Source of the DNA: Octopus sinensis
Lineage: Eukaryota
DNA: 64,000 nt
NCBI RefSeq assembly: GCF_006345805.1
Contig: NC_043002.1
Location: 47,430,001 to 47,494,000, forward strand
Direction of reading: 5' to 3'
The first letter of the stretch is position 1. The number at the start of each line of letters is the position of its first letter. The notes under the pieces were generated by a model that saw nothing but the letters and a program-made list of their open reading frames with translations, was not told the DNA's origin and ran no database searches. Below, one piece after another: positions 39,771 to 52,237 of this stretch. Both the position numbers and the translations under genes were made by a program.

Positions 39771-40633
39771 CTAATGTAGGATAAAATTTTTTCAAAAAAA
39801 AAAAATTTTTATCAATGGCTAGCATATTAAAAAGTACCTTTAAAGGTTAAATTATAAACAACTTATAAATAAGGGCAAACAAAAAAATTTCTAATGCCAA
39901 ATACGCCGAAAATTGGACATATTGTCCTTTTACCATATTTTTTCTCAGTATGCACACTACTCAAAAAAGGTCGACAGAAATCTCTAAAACATTCCATTAT
40001 TACCATATCGAACCGATTTCAGGGTTAGTTCAGAAAGAACCCTCCCTTTGTCAGTGATACATGAGGCAAAGAAGTAAATAAGATACGTACTCATACCCAT
40101 GGAAGAAGCAAACACTAAGTCATGAGCACAACTAAGTACCCCAAATAAATCCAAAATAGAAATACTTCAGCCCATTCAAGACAAGTGCGATTTGAACTGA
40201 GGCACTCACAGAGTGGGAGAGTCCTGAAGTGAACACTATTAAATTTATATTTAATGTAGGATAAAATTTTTGCGAAAAAAATTATCAATGGCCAGCATAT
40301 TAAAAAATGCCTTTAACTGTTAACTATATATATATATATATTTGCATAGCGAGTGACTTGATCTGAGATCGTATGCTGGAATGAAAACAATAGCAGCATG
40401 GAAGGTGTTTATAAGCCATTTAAGAAACACACAAAACCATTAGATTCACTTCAAAATTTAAATTTAATTTGTCAAAATATTTTCATCGCTTTGAGACCGC
40501 GACCTGTTCACTGACAAAACTTTGTATGTATATATATATATACATATATATATATACATATAAATATATACATATATATATACATATAAATATATACATA
40601 TATATATACATATATATATATACATATATATAC

Positions 40634-40679
<46 letters not shown>

Positions 40680-40683
<4 letters not shown>

Positions 40684-41350
40684 AATCAAATCAAATCAAA
40701 TCAAACCAAAATAGATGAACATCAATGGAATTTGTATCCTTGTGGTACCAGTGCCGGTGGCACATAAGAAAACCATCCGAACGTGACCGTAGCCAGTACC
40801 GCATCGACTGGCCTCCGTGCTGAGGGCACGTAACAAACACCATCCGAGCATGGCCGTTCGCCAGCCTTGTCTGGCACCTGTGTCGGTGACACATAAGAAA
40901 ACACCATCCGAGCGTGGCCGTCTGCCAGCCTCGTCTGGCACCTGAGTCGGTGGCACATAAAAAACACCATCCGAGCGTGGCCGTCTGCCAGCCTCGTCTG
41001 GCACCTGTGTTGGTGGCACATAAAATCACCCACTACATTCTCGGAGTGGTTGGCGTTAGGAAGGGCATCCAGCTGTAGAAACACTGCCAGATCTGACGTT
41101 AAACGATGATGATGATGATGATGATATACATATACATATATACATACATACATATACATACATACATACAACACAGGTGCCAGACGAGGCTGGCAGACGG
41201 CCACGCTCAGATGGTGTTTTTTATGTGCCACCGACACAGGTGCTAGACGAGGCTGGCAGACGGCCACGCTCGGATGGTGTTTTTTATGTGCCACCGACTC
41301 AGGTGCCAGACGAGGCTGGCAGACGGCCACGCTCGGATGGTGTTTTATTA
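40680..41350. mobile_element. Two RTE 3'-UTR repeat-array fragments in opposite orientation (+40680-41122; -41172-41350)
   Basis: About 60-nt units ggcacctgtgtcggtggcacataaaaacaccatccgagcgtggcc, and their reverse complement. Confidence 0.8.
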
Positions 41351-41439
41351 TGTGTCATATATATATATACATATATATACATACATACATATACATACAT
41401 ACATACATACATATACATACATACATACATACATATATA

Positions 41440-44400
41440 GGAGATTCTGTTAGGTTCTTCACAGGCAAAGAACACAGTTACAAGATTTTCTGGGCAGGGA
41501 ACACTGACGGGTTTGGGGGCGTGGGTATACTTCTAGCTGGAAAATGGGTAGATAAGGTAATAGAGGTAATCAGAGTAAGTGACAGAATACTTAAGATTAG
41601 ATTAGTGCTTCATCATGGATTAGCAACCATTATATCGGCCTATGCCCCTCAGCCGGGGCTACCCGATGGACAGAAAGACCGATTCTATGACACCCTACTG
41701 CAGACTACCTCGTTGATGAATGACAGAGACCTTCTCTTTGTGGCTGGTGACTTCAATGGTCACGTTGGACGACATGCTGGGGGCTTCCATGGTGTACATG
41801 GGGGCTATGGTTATGGTTCCTGCAACGAGGAGGGAACCAGGCTGCTGGAGTTCTGTGATGCAAATGATCTTATGGTTTGCAACACTAACTTCAGGAAACC
41901 TACCAGCCACCTAGTCACCTACCGATCGGGCCGACATACCAGCCAAATTGACTACATCCTCGCCAGGAAAAGGGAAAGATGGCTGCTTATAAATGCCAAA
42001 ACCTTCCCAGGTAAAGAATGTACCCCACAACATAAACTGGTAGTTAGTGACTTTAGGATCAGGACTAAGAGGACGACCAGAAGATGACCAACATGGAGAA
42101 GAAGGATCTGGAAGCTTAAAGATCCTGTGAATGGACAGAGTCTTAGGGACATATTACTTGAAGCCTTTGACAAAGTAGAAGAGGATATAGCTTCGCATGG
42201 GGTAGAAGACAACTGGAGGTCTCTAAGGGACAACCTGCTGAGAGCCACAGACCAGATCTGTGGCTGGTGCAAAGTCCCCTCTCAACCCAAAGTAACGTGA
42301 TGGTGGAACAATGTTGTAGACAGGGCTATTAGAGAAAAGTGACAGACTGGAAAAACGGTGGTAGCAGGGAATTGTATCAGACTACCAAAAGAGAAGCTAG
42401 GAGACAGGTTTATTTAGCCAGAGGGGAAGCAGATAAGGAAAAATTTGCCAATGTTCTGCGCCGTGAGGACCAAAGACTTGAGGTATTCCATGTTGCAAGA
42501 CAGTGTGTGAGAGAGAATCATGATGTGGTAGGAGAGAAATGTGTTCACATAGATGATGGTTCACTTGCGCTAAATGAGGATGCAAAGAGAGAGGTTTGGA
42601 GACATAATTATGAGAGGCTGCTAAATAAGGAAAATGAATGGGATAAAGAGAGTCTGCCGAATGTCGACCCAACAGAGGGACCAGCTATCCGAGTTGACAG
42701 TTCCTTAGTAGTTAAGGCAATTAGTAGCATGAAGACAGGGAAAGCCCCAGGCCCATCAGGAATTACTGCAGAGATGCTTAAAATATCTGGTAGTGTCGGC
42801 TATAGCCTAGTCACCCGTATAGTTAACCAGGTGATACACGAAGGAGCCATACCCAATGACTGGTGTAGCAGCATAATAATCAATTGCTACAAAGGTAAGG
42901 GTGATGCTTTAGATACAAATAATTACAGAGGTATCAAACTGTTGGATAAGGTAATGAAGGTTACGGAGAGGGTCATAGCCCAACTGATTAGGGAGAGAGT
43001 CAGCTTGGATGAGATGCAGTTTGGTTTCGTGCCAGGAAAAAGCACCACTGATGCCATGTTTCTGGTGAGACAGCTGCAGGAGAAATACCTAGCCAAGGAT
43101 AAGCCCCTGTACCTGGCTTTCATTGACATGGAGAAAGCCTTTGACAGGGTCCCCCAATCCCTTATCTGGTGGTCAATGAGGAAACTAGGGATAGATGAAT
43201 GGTTAGTGAGAGCTGTGCAAGCCATGTACAGAGACGCTGTAAGTAAGGTGAGGGTTGGCAACGAGTACACTAAAGAATTCAAAGTAGAGGTAGGGGTCCA
43301 CCAAGGTTCAGTCCTCAGCCCCCTCCTATTTATCATAGTCCTCCAGGCAATAACGGAGGAATTCAAGACAGGATGCCTCTGGGAGCTCCTATACGCTGAT
43401 GACCTTGCTCTAATTGCTGAGTCACTATTAGAACTAGAGGCAAAGTTTCAAGTGTGGAAACAAGGATTAGAATTGAAGGGCCTTAAAATCAACTTAGCTA
43501 AAACCAAAGTCTTAATATGTAGGAAGGCAGGCAAATCACAAACGCCTTCAGGTAGATGGCCCTGCTCAATCTGTAGAAAAGGCATAGGTAGAAACTCTAT
43601 AAGATGCACCAAGTGTAAGCTATGGACATATAAGAGGTGCAGCAATGTCAAAGGAATGCTAACTGGGAAGATAGTTTTTGTATGTGGCAGATGCTCAGGA
43701 GCAATAAACACTGAAAATGCTCAGAGACCAACTTCCGCCACATTCCAGGGAGAAAAACTAGAAGTAGTTGATAGCTTCCATTACCTAGGTGACCAAGTCA
43801 GTAGCGGGGGCGGGTGTGCTGAAAGTGTAACTGCTAGAGTAAGAATAGCCTGGGCAAAGTTCAGAGAGCTCTTACCTTTGCTGGTGACAAAAGGCCTCTC
43901 GCTCAGAACAAAAGGCAGATTGTATGACGCATGTGTACGAACAGCCATGCTACATGGCAGTGAAACATGGGCCGTGACTGCTGAGGATATGTGTAAGCTC
44001 GCAAGAAATGAAGCCAGTATGCTCCAATGGATGTGTAATGTCAGTGTTCATACTCGACAGAGTGTAAGTATCTTAAGAGAAAAGTGGGACCTAAGAAGCA
44101 TCAGTTGTGGTATGCAAGAGAGACGTTTGCGCTGGTATGGTCATGTAGCGAGAATGGATGAAGATAGTTGTGTGAAAAAGTGCCACACCCTGGCAGTTGA
44201 GGGAACCTGTGGAAGAGGTAGACCCGGGAAAACCTGGGACGAGGTGGTGAAGAACGACCTTCGAACTTTAGGTGTCACCGAGGAAATGACCAGAGACTGA
44301 GACCTTTGGAAGTATGCTGTGCATGGGAAGACCCGGCAGGACAAGTGAGACCATAACCCGTGGCCTCTACCTGGGACGTAGCCAGCCCACTTATGCATAC

Positions 44401-44899
44401 CGCTCCTTCTTGTGACACGAACCCTACTTGTGAAGACCTGTTGAGGCAAGTGAAAATCAAAATCAAAATCGAAATCGAAATCTTTCAACATCAATGGAAA
44501 TTGTAGCTGAGATACCAGTGCCGGCGGCATGTAAGAGAACCGTTCGAACGTGGCCGTTGCCAGCGCCGCCCCGACTGGCCTCCGTGCTGGTGGCACGTAA
44601 AAAGCACCATCCGATTGTGGCCATTGCCAGCCTCGTCTGGCCCCCGTGCCGGTGGCATGTAAAAAGCACCATCCGATCATGGCTGTTTGCCAGCCTCATC
44701 TGGCACCTGTGCACGTGGCACATAAAAAGCACCCACTACACTCTCGGAGTGGTTGGCGTTAAGAAGGGCATCCAGCTGTAGAAACACTGCCAGATCAGAC
44801 TGGGTCTGGCGCAGCCTCCTGGCTTCCCAGACCCCAGTTGAACCGTCCAACACATGCTAGCATGGAAAACGGACGTTAAACAATGATGATGATGATGAT
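41440..44899 (+). mobile_element. Near full-length RTE-clade LINE (APE endonuclease plus RT), inactivated
   Basis: APE motifs (SAYAPQ, GDFNGH, IDYIL); RT motifs (NYRGIKLL, QFGF, DMEKAFD, GVHQGSVLSP, YADD, YLG); stops at 42085 and 42298, frameshift near 42340; (GAT)n tail. Confidence 0.95.
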
Positions 44900-45015
44900 A
44901 TATACATACATACATATACATATATATACATACATACATACATATACATATATATACATACATACATATACACATATATATACATATATATACACATATG
45001 TACATATATACATAT

Positions 45016-45084
<69 letters not shown>

Positions 45085-45092
<8 letters not shown>

Positions 45093-45274
45093 ATGTTACA
45101 TTACTCGGTAGTCAAGATAAAACTCTGAGTTTCAGATGCCGAAGTGGAAATCCACAACACCATCTCTTCGGTTATCTCTTCAGATAACCGAAGAGATGGT
45201 GTTGTGGATTTCCACTTCGGCATCTGAAACTCAGAGTTTTATCTTGACTACCGAGTAATGTAACATATTGTATA
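45085..45274. repeat. Perfect palindrome, 93-bp arms, 4-nt loop
   Basis: 45085-45177 is the exact reverse complement of 45182-45274. Confidence 0.97.
45182..45244 (+). ncRNA. Hammerhead-like motif (mirrored on the minus strand at 45115-45177)
   Basis: AGAUAA-CCGAAGA-GAUG..GUGGA/UCCAC..CAUC-U-GAAA-CUC-A-GAG-UU-UUAUCU; one core deviation (U4C). Confidence 0.55.
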
Positions 45275-45340
45275 GATAAATTTCCTCTATTTACATAATA
45301 TTGAGGTCTCTTTCTTTCTTTTGTTATCTTACCGTTTTAT

Positions 45341-45374
<34 letters not shown>

Positions 45375-45715
45375 TATTAAACCTTGGGAGGGGCATTATA
45401 CTGGTAATAATCACACATGTACTGGTTTGGTAATTTATTGTTATTGTTCAGTATTGTTCATGTTATTTCAAAAGAAATGGAAATAGAGAGGAGTGTGTCA
45501 TTGAAGAGATTGCAACTATGCTATGAAATAATTTTTTGGCAAAAATAGAAAAGAAAAAGAAATAACAACACAAACAATACTGAACAATAACAATAAAGAA
45601 CTGAACCATGATGTGTGGCATGTGTTTATTATTATTACTGGTATAATGCCCCACCCAAGGTTCAATAGTATTTCTTTCAACACACGAATTCTTGCAAACC
45701 AAATACAAATATGAA

Positions 45716-45748
<33 letters not shown>

Positions 45749-45815
45749 AATATACACACACATATGTATATACATGCATAAATACATACATACACATAGG
45801 TATATACATACATAA

Positions 45816-45845
<30 letters not shown>

Positions 45846-45846
<1 letters not shown>

Positions 45847-46246
45847 CTCTTTTACTTGTTTCAGTCATTTGACTGCGGCCATGCTGTAGCACCGCCTTTA
45901 GTCAAGCAAATCGACTCCGGGACTTATTCTTTGTAAGCCCAGTACTTATTCTATCGGTCTCTTTTGCCGAACTGCTAAGTGACGGGGACGTAAACACACC
46001 AGCATCGGTTGTCAAGCAATGCTAGGGGGACAAACACAGACACACAAACATATACACACACACTTATATATATATACATATATACGACAGGCTTCTTTCA
46101 GTTTCCGTCTACCAAATCCACTCACAAGGCATTGGTCGGCCCGGGGCTATAGCAGAAGACACTTGCCCAAGATGCCACGCAGTGGGACTGAACCCAGAAC
46201 CATGTGGTTGGTTAGCAAGCTACTTACCACACAGCTACTCCTGTGC
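45846..46246 (-). mobile_element. SINE family A copy, young (CpGs retained)
   Basis: High similarity to 3061-3468. Confidence 0.88.
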
Positions 46247-47425
46247 CTATATATATATATTTAATTAATTAAAAAATTAATTTGTATCCATTAGATCTCT
46301 CCATTTTCAAACTTGATAATATTATTTGATATTTTATGATATTTTATATAATTTATTCATTAAAGAAATATCTCTTCAAACTACAATATATTAAACAAGT
46401 GTATCTTGGATAAAAAAAATATCCCTATGAGAGGTCTAAATATTCTCATAGTGACTATATATATATAATATACACACTAGCCATGTAGCCTATTGTTACT
46501 GGGTAATTTTCATAACAGAATGCCTTTATTCCAACTTTTTTTTTAAAATTCCCTAAAAGCTTTAAGTTTTAATGGATAAAGTCATGTGAAATGGTTGGAC
46601 AGGCACATAAATAATTTACATAGATGTAGACTGACTTGTATTACATGTCATATTAAGAGAGATAGGGGAAATAGCATGCTTGAAAGATATACATATACAG
46701 AGAAAGAATAAGAAAGAAAGTATTAAATACACATAGAGAGAAAATTTTACCATAAGAAAAGCATAAAAGACAGAGAAAGACAGATAGACAGATTGGCAAA
46801 TTATATTTTTTGATTACTAATAACCAAAAACCTTGGTATGCAGATTTCAAAAATCAAATTTATTTTTCTCTAGGACACAAAATTTCAGAGCCTTTCTGTG
46901 ACATACACATACATGCACTCTCAATTGGCAGATACTAGCGTCGCCTGACTGGCGTCTGTGCCGGTGACACATAAAAGCACCAACCGATCGTGGTCAAAGG
47001 GAAATATCACCTTGCTTGAAAAATAGGTGGGGGATTGATGACGGGAGAGTCATCTGGCCATAGAAAATCTAACTAAATGAAATCCATCTTAGCCATGCAA
47101 GCATGGAAAGATAGATACTAAAATTACAATGACGATGCTCATCATCACGACAAAGATGATGACAATGATGATAGTGATGATTTTATTGAATGTATTCTTT
47201 GTTTAAGCTGATTGATCAGACATATTGGCTTAAGTTTGCATGTATTTACATGCATGTGCATGCATATATGTGTGTGTGTGCATGCATACATGTGTCTATG
47301 TGTATGTGAGCAAGCATATGCAAATGCAAACTTTTGATATCAACTTCACGCTGAGAATTGAAGGAGCATAAATTCTATACATATTAGAGCTCCCTCAGCT
47401 CTTATGCAGATGAAATCTTTCTTAA

Positions 47426-47629
47426 GGCGACGAGTTGGCAAAAATATTAGCACGCCGGACGAGATACTAAGCAGTATTTCGTCTGTCTTTGTGTTCTGAG
47501 TTCAAATTCCGCTGAGGTCTACTTTGCCTTTCATCCTTTCGGGGTCGATAAATTAAGTACTTGGGTCGATCTAATCGACTGGCCCCCTCCCTCAAAATTT
47601 TGAGCCTTGTGCATACAGTAGAAAAGATG
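47426..47629 (+). mobile_element. SINE family B copy
   Basis: gcctttcatcctttcggggtcgataaattaagtac core. Confidence 0.78.
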
Positions 47630-48051
47630 AAATTTTTCTTGTTGTTTTGTTTCTATCTTTGTCTGTATATCTCTTTCTATATTTCACATTCCCTTTATCT
47701 TTCGATCCCTCTCTATTATTGTTGTAAATAACCTATATAATTCAAACCTAGACTAGAAGGTGGTGTAAGGTATAAAAAATGCCTTGACAGCAATTCAAAT
47801 AATTAACCTCACTTTATTAAACATTTTTTTTCTTCATTTTGCTAACATATTCACTTTGCTGCCAGCTTTTTGTCACACACACACACACACACACGATGAG
47901 GAACTTCTGTTTACCAAATTCATTCATAAGGCTTGATTGGGGAGACTGAATCCTGAACCATGTAGTTAAGAAGCAAACTTCTTACTCACACACCAACACC
48001 TGTACTCACTCTCTCTCTCTCTCTGTCTATCTATCGATCTTAACCCCCCCC

Positions 48052-48085
<34 letters not shown>

Positions 48086-48086
<1 letters not shown>

Positions 48087-50372
48087 GCAGCACCATAGTC
48101 AACTGCTACAAGGGTAAGGGTGATGCTCTAGATAGAAATAACTACAGGGGTATTAAACTGTTGGATCAGGTGATGAAGGTCACAGAGAGGGTCATAACCC
48201 ATCTCATTAGGGAGAGAATTTGCTTAGATGAGATGCAGTTCGGTTTTGTGCCGGGTAGAAGCTCCACTGATGCTATATTCCTGGTCCGACAACTGCAGGA
48301 GAAGTACCTAGCTAAAGATAAACCCCTCTACATAGCTTTTGTGGACTTGGAGAAAGCCTTTGACAGGGTTCCCCGATCCCTTATCTGGTGGTCGATGCGG
48401 AAACTGGAAATTGATGAATGGCTAATAAGGGCTGTACAGGCTCTATTCAGTGAGGCTGTCAGCAAGGTTAGGATTGGCAACGAATATAGTGAAGAATTCC
48501 GGGTAGAAGTAGGTGTACACCAAGGCTCAGCCCTCAGTCCCCTTTTATTCATCATAGTCCTCCAGGCAATAACAGAGGAATTCAAAACAGGATGCCCCTG
48601 GGAGCTCCTCTATGCTGACGACCTGGCTCTCATAGCAGAATCACTACCGGAACTAGAAAAGAAATTTCAGGTGTGGAAGCAAGGGTTAGAATCAAAGGGC
48701 CTTAGAGTAAATGTAGCAAAGACCAAAGTTATAGTAAGCAGAAAGGCGAACTCAGCACACACACCCTCGGGCAGGTGGCCCTGCTCGATCTGTAGGAAAG
48801 GTGCAGGTAGAAACTCCATAAGATGCACCCAATGTAAGCTATGGATGCATAAGAAGTGCAGCAGCATCAAAGGGAAATTAACTGATAAGATAGCTTTCAT
48901 GTGCGGCAGATGCACAGGGACAATAGACACCACAGACACTCAGAAAACAGATTCCATCACACTCCAGGGAGAGAAACTAGAAGTAGTTGATAGTTTCCGC
49001 TACCTGGGTGACCAAGTTAGTAGTGGAGGTGGATGCTCAGAGAGTATCACTACTAGAATACGAATAGCCTGGGCAAAGTTCAGAAAGCTCCTACCCCTAC
49101 TGGCGACAAAGGGCTTCTCGCTCAGAGTGAAAGGTAGATTGTATGATGCATGTGTGCGAACTGCCATGCTTCACGGCAGTGAAACATGGGCCGTGACTGC
49201 AGAGGACATGCGTAGACTTGAAAGAAATGAAGCTAGCATGATCCGTTGGATGTGTAATGTCAGTGTGCACGCACAACAGAGTGTAAGCACCCTGAGAGAA
49301 ATGCTGGACATAAGAAGCATCAGATGTGGTGTGCAAGAGCGACGCTTGCGATGGTATGGTCATGTACTGCGGATGGATGAGGAGAGATGTGTGAAGAAGT
49401 GCCACTCCCAAACAGTTTAAGGTATCAGGGGGAGAGGTAGACCCAGGAAGACATGGGATGAGGTAGTCAAGCATGACCTCAGAGTGTTGGGCCTCACTGA
49501 GGCAATGGCGAAGGACCGAGATCTCTGGAGATATGCTGTGACTGCAAAGACCCGGGCTGCTTCCTGCACCAGTCCTGCATAGCCCCCTGCCCATTCAAAG
49601 TACCCTGGATCCCGGATCGTCTCGCTGTGCTTGAGGAGACCTGTTGAGTCAAGTACATGAACATGAACATCGAAATAAATATAAATATCAATGGAAATAG
49701 TAGTTGTGATACCTGTGCCGGTGGCAGATAAAAAAATAAAAAATAAATAAATAAAAAACACAATCCGCCCCGACTGGCTTCTGTGCCGGTGACACATAAA
49801 AAGCACTATCCGAATGTGGCTGATGCCAGCGCCGCCCCGACTGGCTTCTGTGCCGGTGGCGCATAAAAAGCACCATCCGAACGTGGCTGATGCCAGTGCC
49901 GCCCCGACTGGCTCCTGTGCCAGTGGCACATAAAATGCACCATCCGTACGTGGCCAATGCCAGCGCCGCCCTGACTGGCTTCTGTGCCGGTGGCACATAA
50001 AAAGCGCCACCCGAACGTGGCCGATGCCAGCCAGCGCCGCCCCGACTGGCTTCTGTGCCGGTGGCACATAAAAAGCACCATCCGAACGTGGCCGTTGCCA
50101 GCGCCGCCCCGACCGGCTTCCGTGCCGGTGGCACGTTAAAAGCTCCAACTGATCGTGGCCGATGCCGGACCCCCCCTGGCACCTGTGCAGGTGGCACGTA
50201 AAAAGCACCCACTACACTCGCAGAGTGGTTGGCGTTAGGAAGGGTATGCAGCTGTAGAAACTCTGCCAGATCAGACTGGAGCCTGGTGCAGCCCCTGGCT
50301 TCCCAGACCCCGGTCGAACCGTCCAACCCGTGCTAGCGCGGAAAACGGACGTTAAACGATGATGATGATGAT
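48086..50372 (+). mobile_element. 5'-truncated RTE LINE (sister subfamily) with open 419-aa RT segment and 67-nt 3'-UTR array
   Basis: ORF 48161..49420; array 49767-50210; (GAT)n tail. Confidence 0.95.
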
Positions 50373-50663
50373 ATACAGATATATATATATATATATATAT
50401 ATGAGGGTGAAAAGGAACACACGAGTTGATATATATGAAAAAACAAGTCAAGATAGAAAATGCTAAAATAATTTTATAAAGAACATTTCAGTACCGGTTT
50501 CGGTCATATTTGCACACTATACAAATATTCGTTTAAAAAAACTTTTAATTTTTCTAAATTTAATTATTTAATCGTTACAGTTGAAAAAGTCTCAAAATGA
50601 CCGAAACCGGTACTGAAATGTTCTTCATAAAATTATTTTAGCATTTTCTATCTTGACTTGTTT

Positions 50664-50691
<28 letters not shown>

Positions 50692-50703
<12 letters not shown>

Positions 50704-51069
50704 CTGAAGTTGTCTGTGTGTGGCAGGTTTGGTAGCCTTCAACTAACACTATCTCCTCCGAGACCCTGCGGCGCAAGTTGACCAAAATTGAGAGTATGAT
50801 AGAAGAAGGCTTGCTCTTCATTCCGTAGAAGATAAAATTCAAATCGGACCATGTTAAGACCAAAAATTATTTACATAAAAAAGGTGTAAAAAGATCCCTA
50901 TTTTTTACGATTTTTTGACTGCTGTATCGCCATTTTTCGGTGTATTTCAGCCAGAAAAATGTTCACTTAAAGAGAATAACAAGCTACATAATGCAAAATT
51001 TTTACTTTTCAAATATTCCAATTCTAAAGGATCGAAACAAACCCGAGCAACGGCGGGCGATACTGCTAG
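50692..51069 (+). mobile_element. Non-autonomous Helitron
   Basis: 3' hairpin cccgagcaacggcggg followed by CTAG|T; 5' tatatataaagctgaagttgtctgtgtg. Confidence 0.7.
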
Positions 51070-51787
51070 TATAAATATATATGTAGGGTGGAACCCGGCC
51101 ATAATAATAAAAACAATATAATCGCTGGTTATGGTAGAGATCAGAAAGTTATATTATTTTCATAACTTTAATTGCACTTATCAATATAGTCGATACATCA
51201 GACCTGCTAACCGATGACACATAACCCCTTTAATAATGAAGGTAAAGTGCATAGTCTTGGTCAGCTTGGTGATAAAAAAAATCATTCATTTGAAATGAAA
51301 TTGTTTCGAAGCGGAAAATATAGTCGGGGAGACGCGGAGTTATCTCCCTTCGAACAGTTCCTCATGCGACCGTAACGAGTTAGTTCATATACATTTTCCG
51401 TTCCTTTGCAAGCGAGGAAGATTACGTTTCCAACACGAATTTTCTATCCTTAAATTTCGCTTGATCTGGGTGCCTTAAAATCAGAAAGTGAAGATTTAAG
51501 TCGGATTCCTCATGATAGAAAATTCGTTTTATTTCTCTTGCTGACTAGTATATAAAAAAAATTGGACATAACATGGAACTATTCAAAGGGAGGAAACTCC
51601 GTCTCTCCGAGAAGTAATTTTTCACCTCAGAAAAATTTCGTTTCGTTCCAAGGAACTTTTTTGAGACTTATGGACAACTGACTCATCATATATGTTTATA
51701 TAAGGATTATTCTTGTATTAATCTTGTGCAAAGAAAGGTTCTGCATGTGCATCCAGCCTTGGAATATACCCTACATGTGGTATAGAG

Positions 51788-51999
51788 CAGTCCTACTCAG
51801 AGTGGTGGTCCACGAGACATCAGCTGCCGGTATGCAGCGAGTTTCCAGAAAAGAAACATAAAATGCTTATGTAATATTGTATTATTTGTTTACAAAATAA
51901 ATATTGTCAACTTTTCTGGTATAAATTAATATTAGTGGTCCCTGGCACACTGGGAAAAAAACTGCCAGTACGCCACATGAGATAGTTTGAGAAGCACTG
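51788..51999. mobile_element. hAT-type MITE
   Basis: CAGT...tttgagaagcACTG termini; imperfect 8-bp TSD gtatagag/gtatcggg. Confidence 0.6.
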
Positions 52000-52237
52000 G
52001 TATCGGGCATGTGGTAATCAAATAACGACATAAGAGCTCTTAAATGCATGTTACGAGGTTTTTACCAGAATTATACTATATATATATATATATTATATAT
52101 ATATATATATATATATTTACATATGATTAAATCGAGGATATAAATCCTCTTAAAGGGATGTCGGCATCCAAGTTCTCCAGTTTTATCCAGTGTATCAGTG
52201 AAAAACCAGAGATGTTAGCTTTGCATTGATGGATATA

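Noticed and set aside
49767-50210. CRISPR-like regular array
   Set aside because: Units repeat along their whole length with no unique spacers, there are no cas genes, and the context is a eukaryotic LINE 3' UTR.
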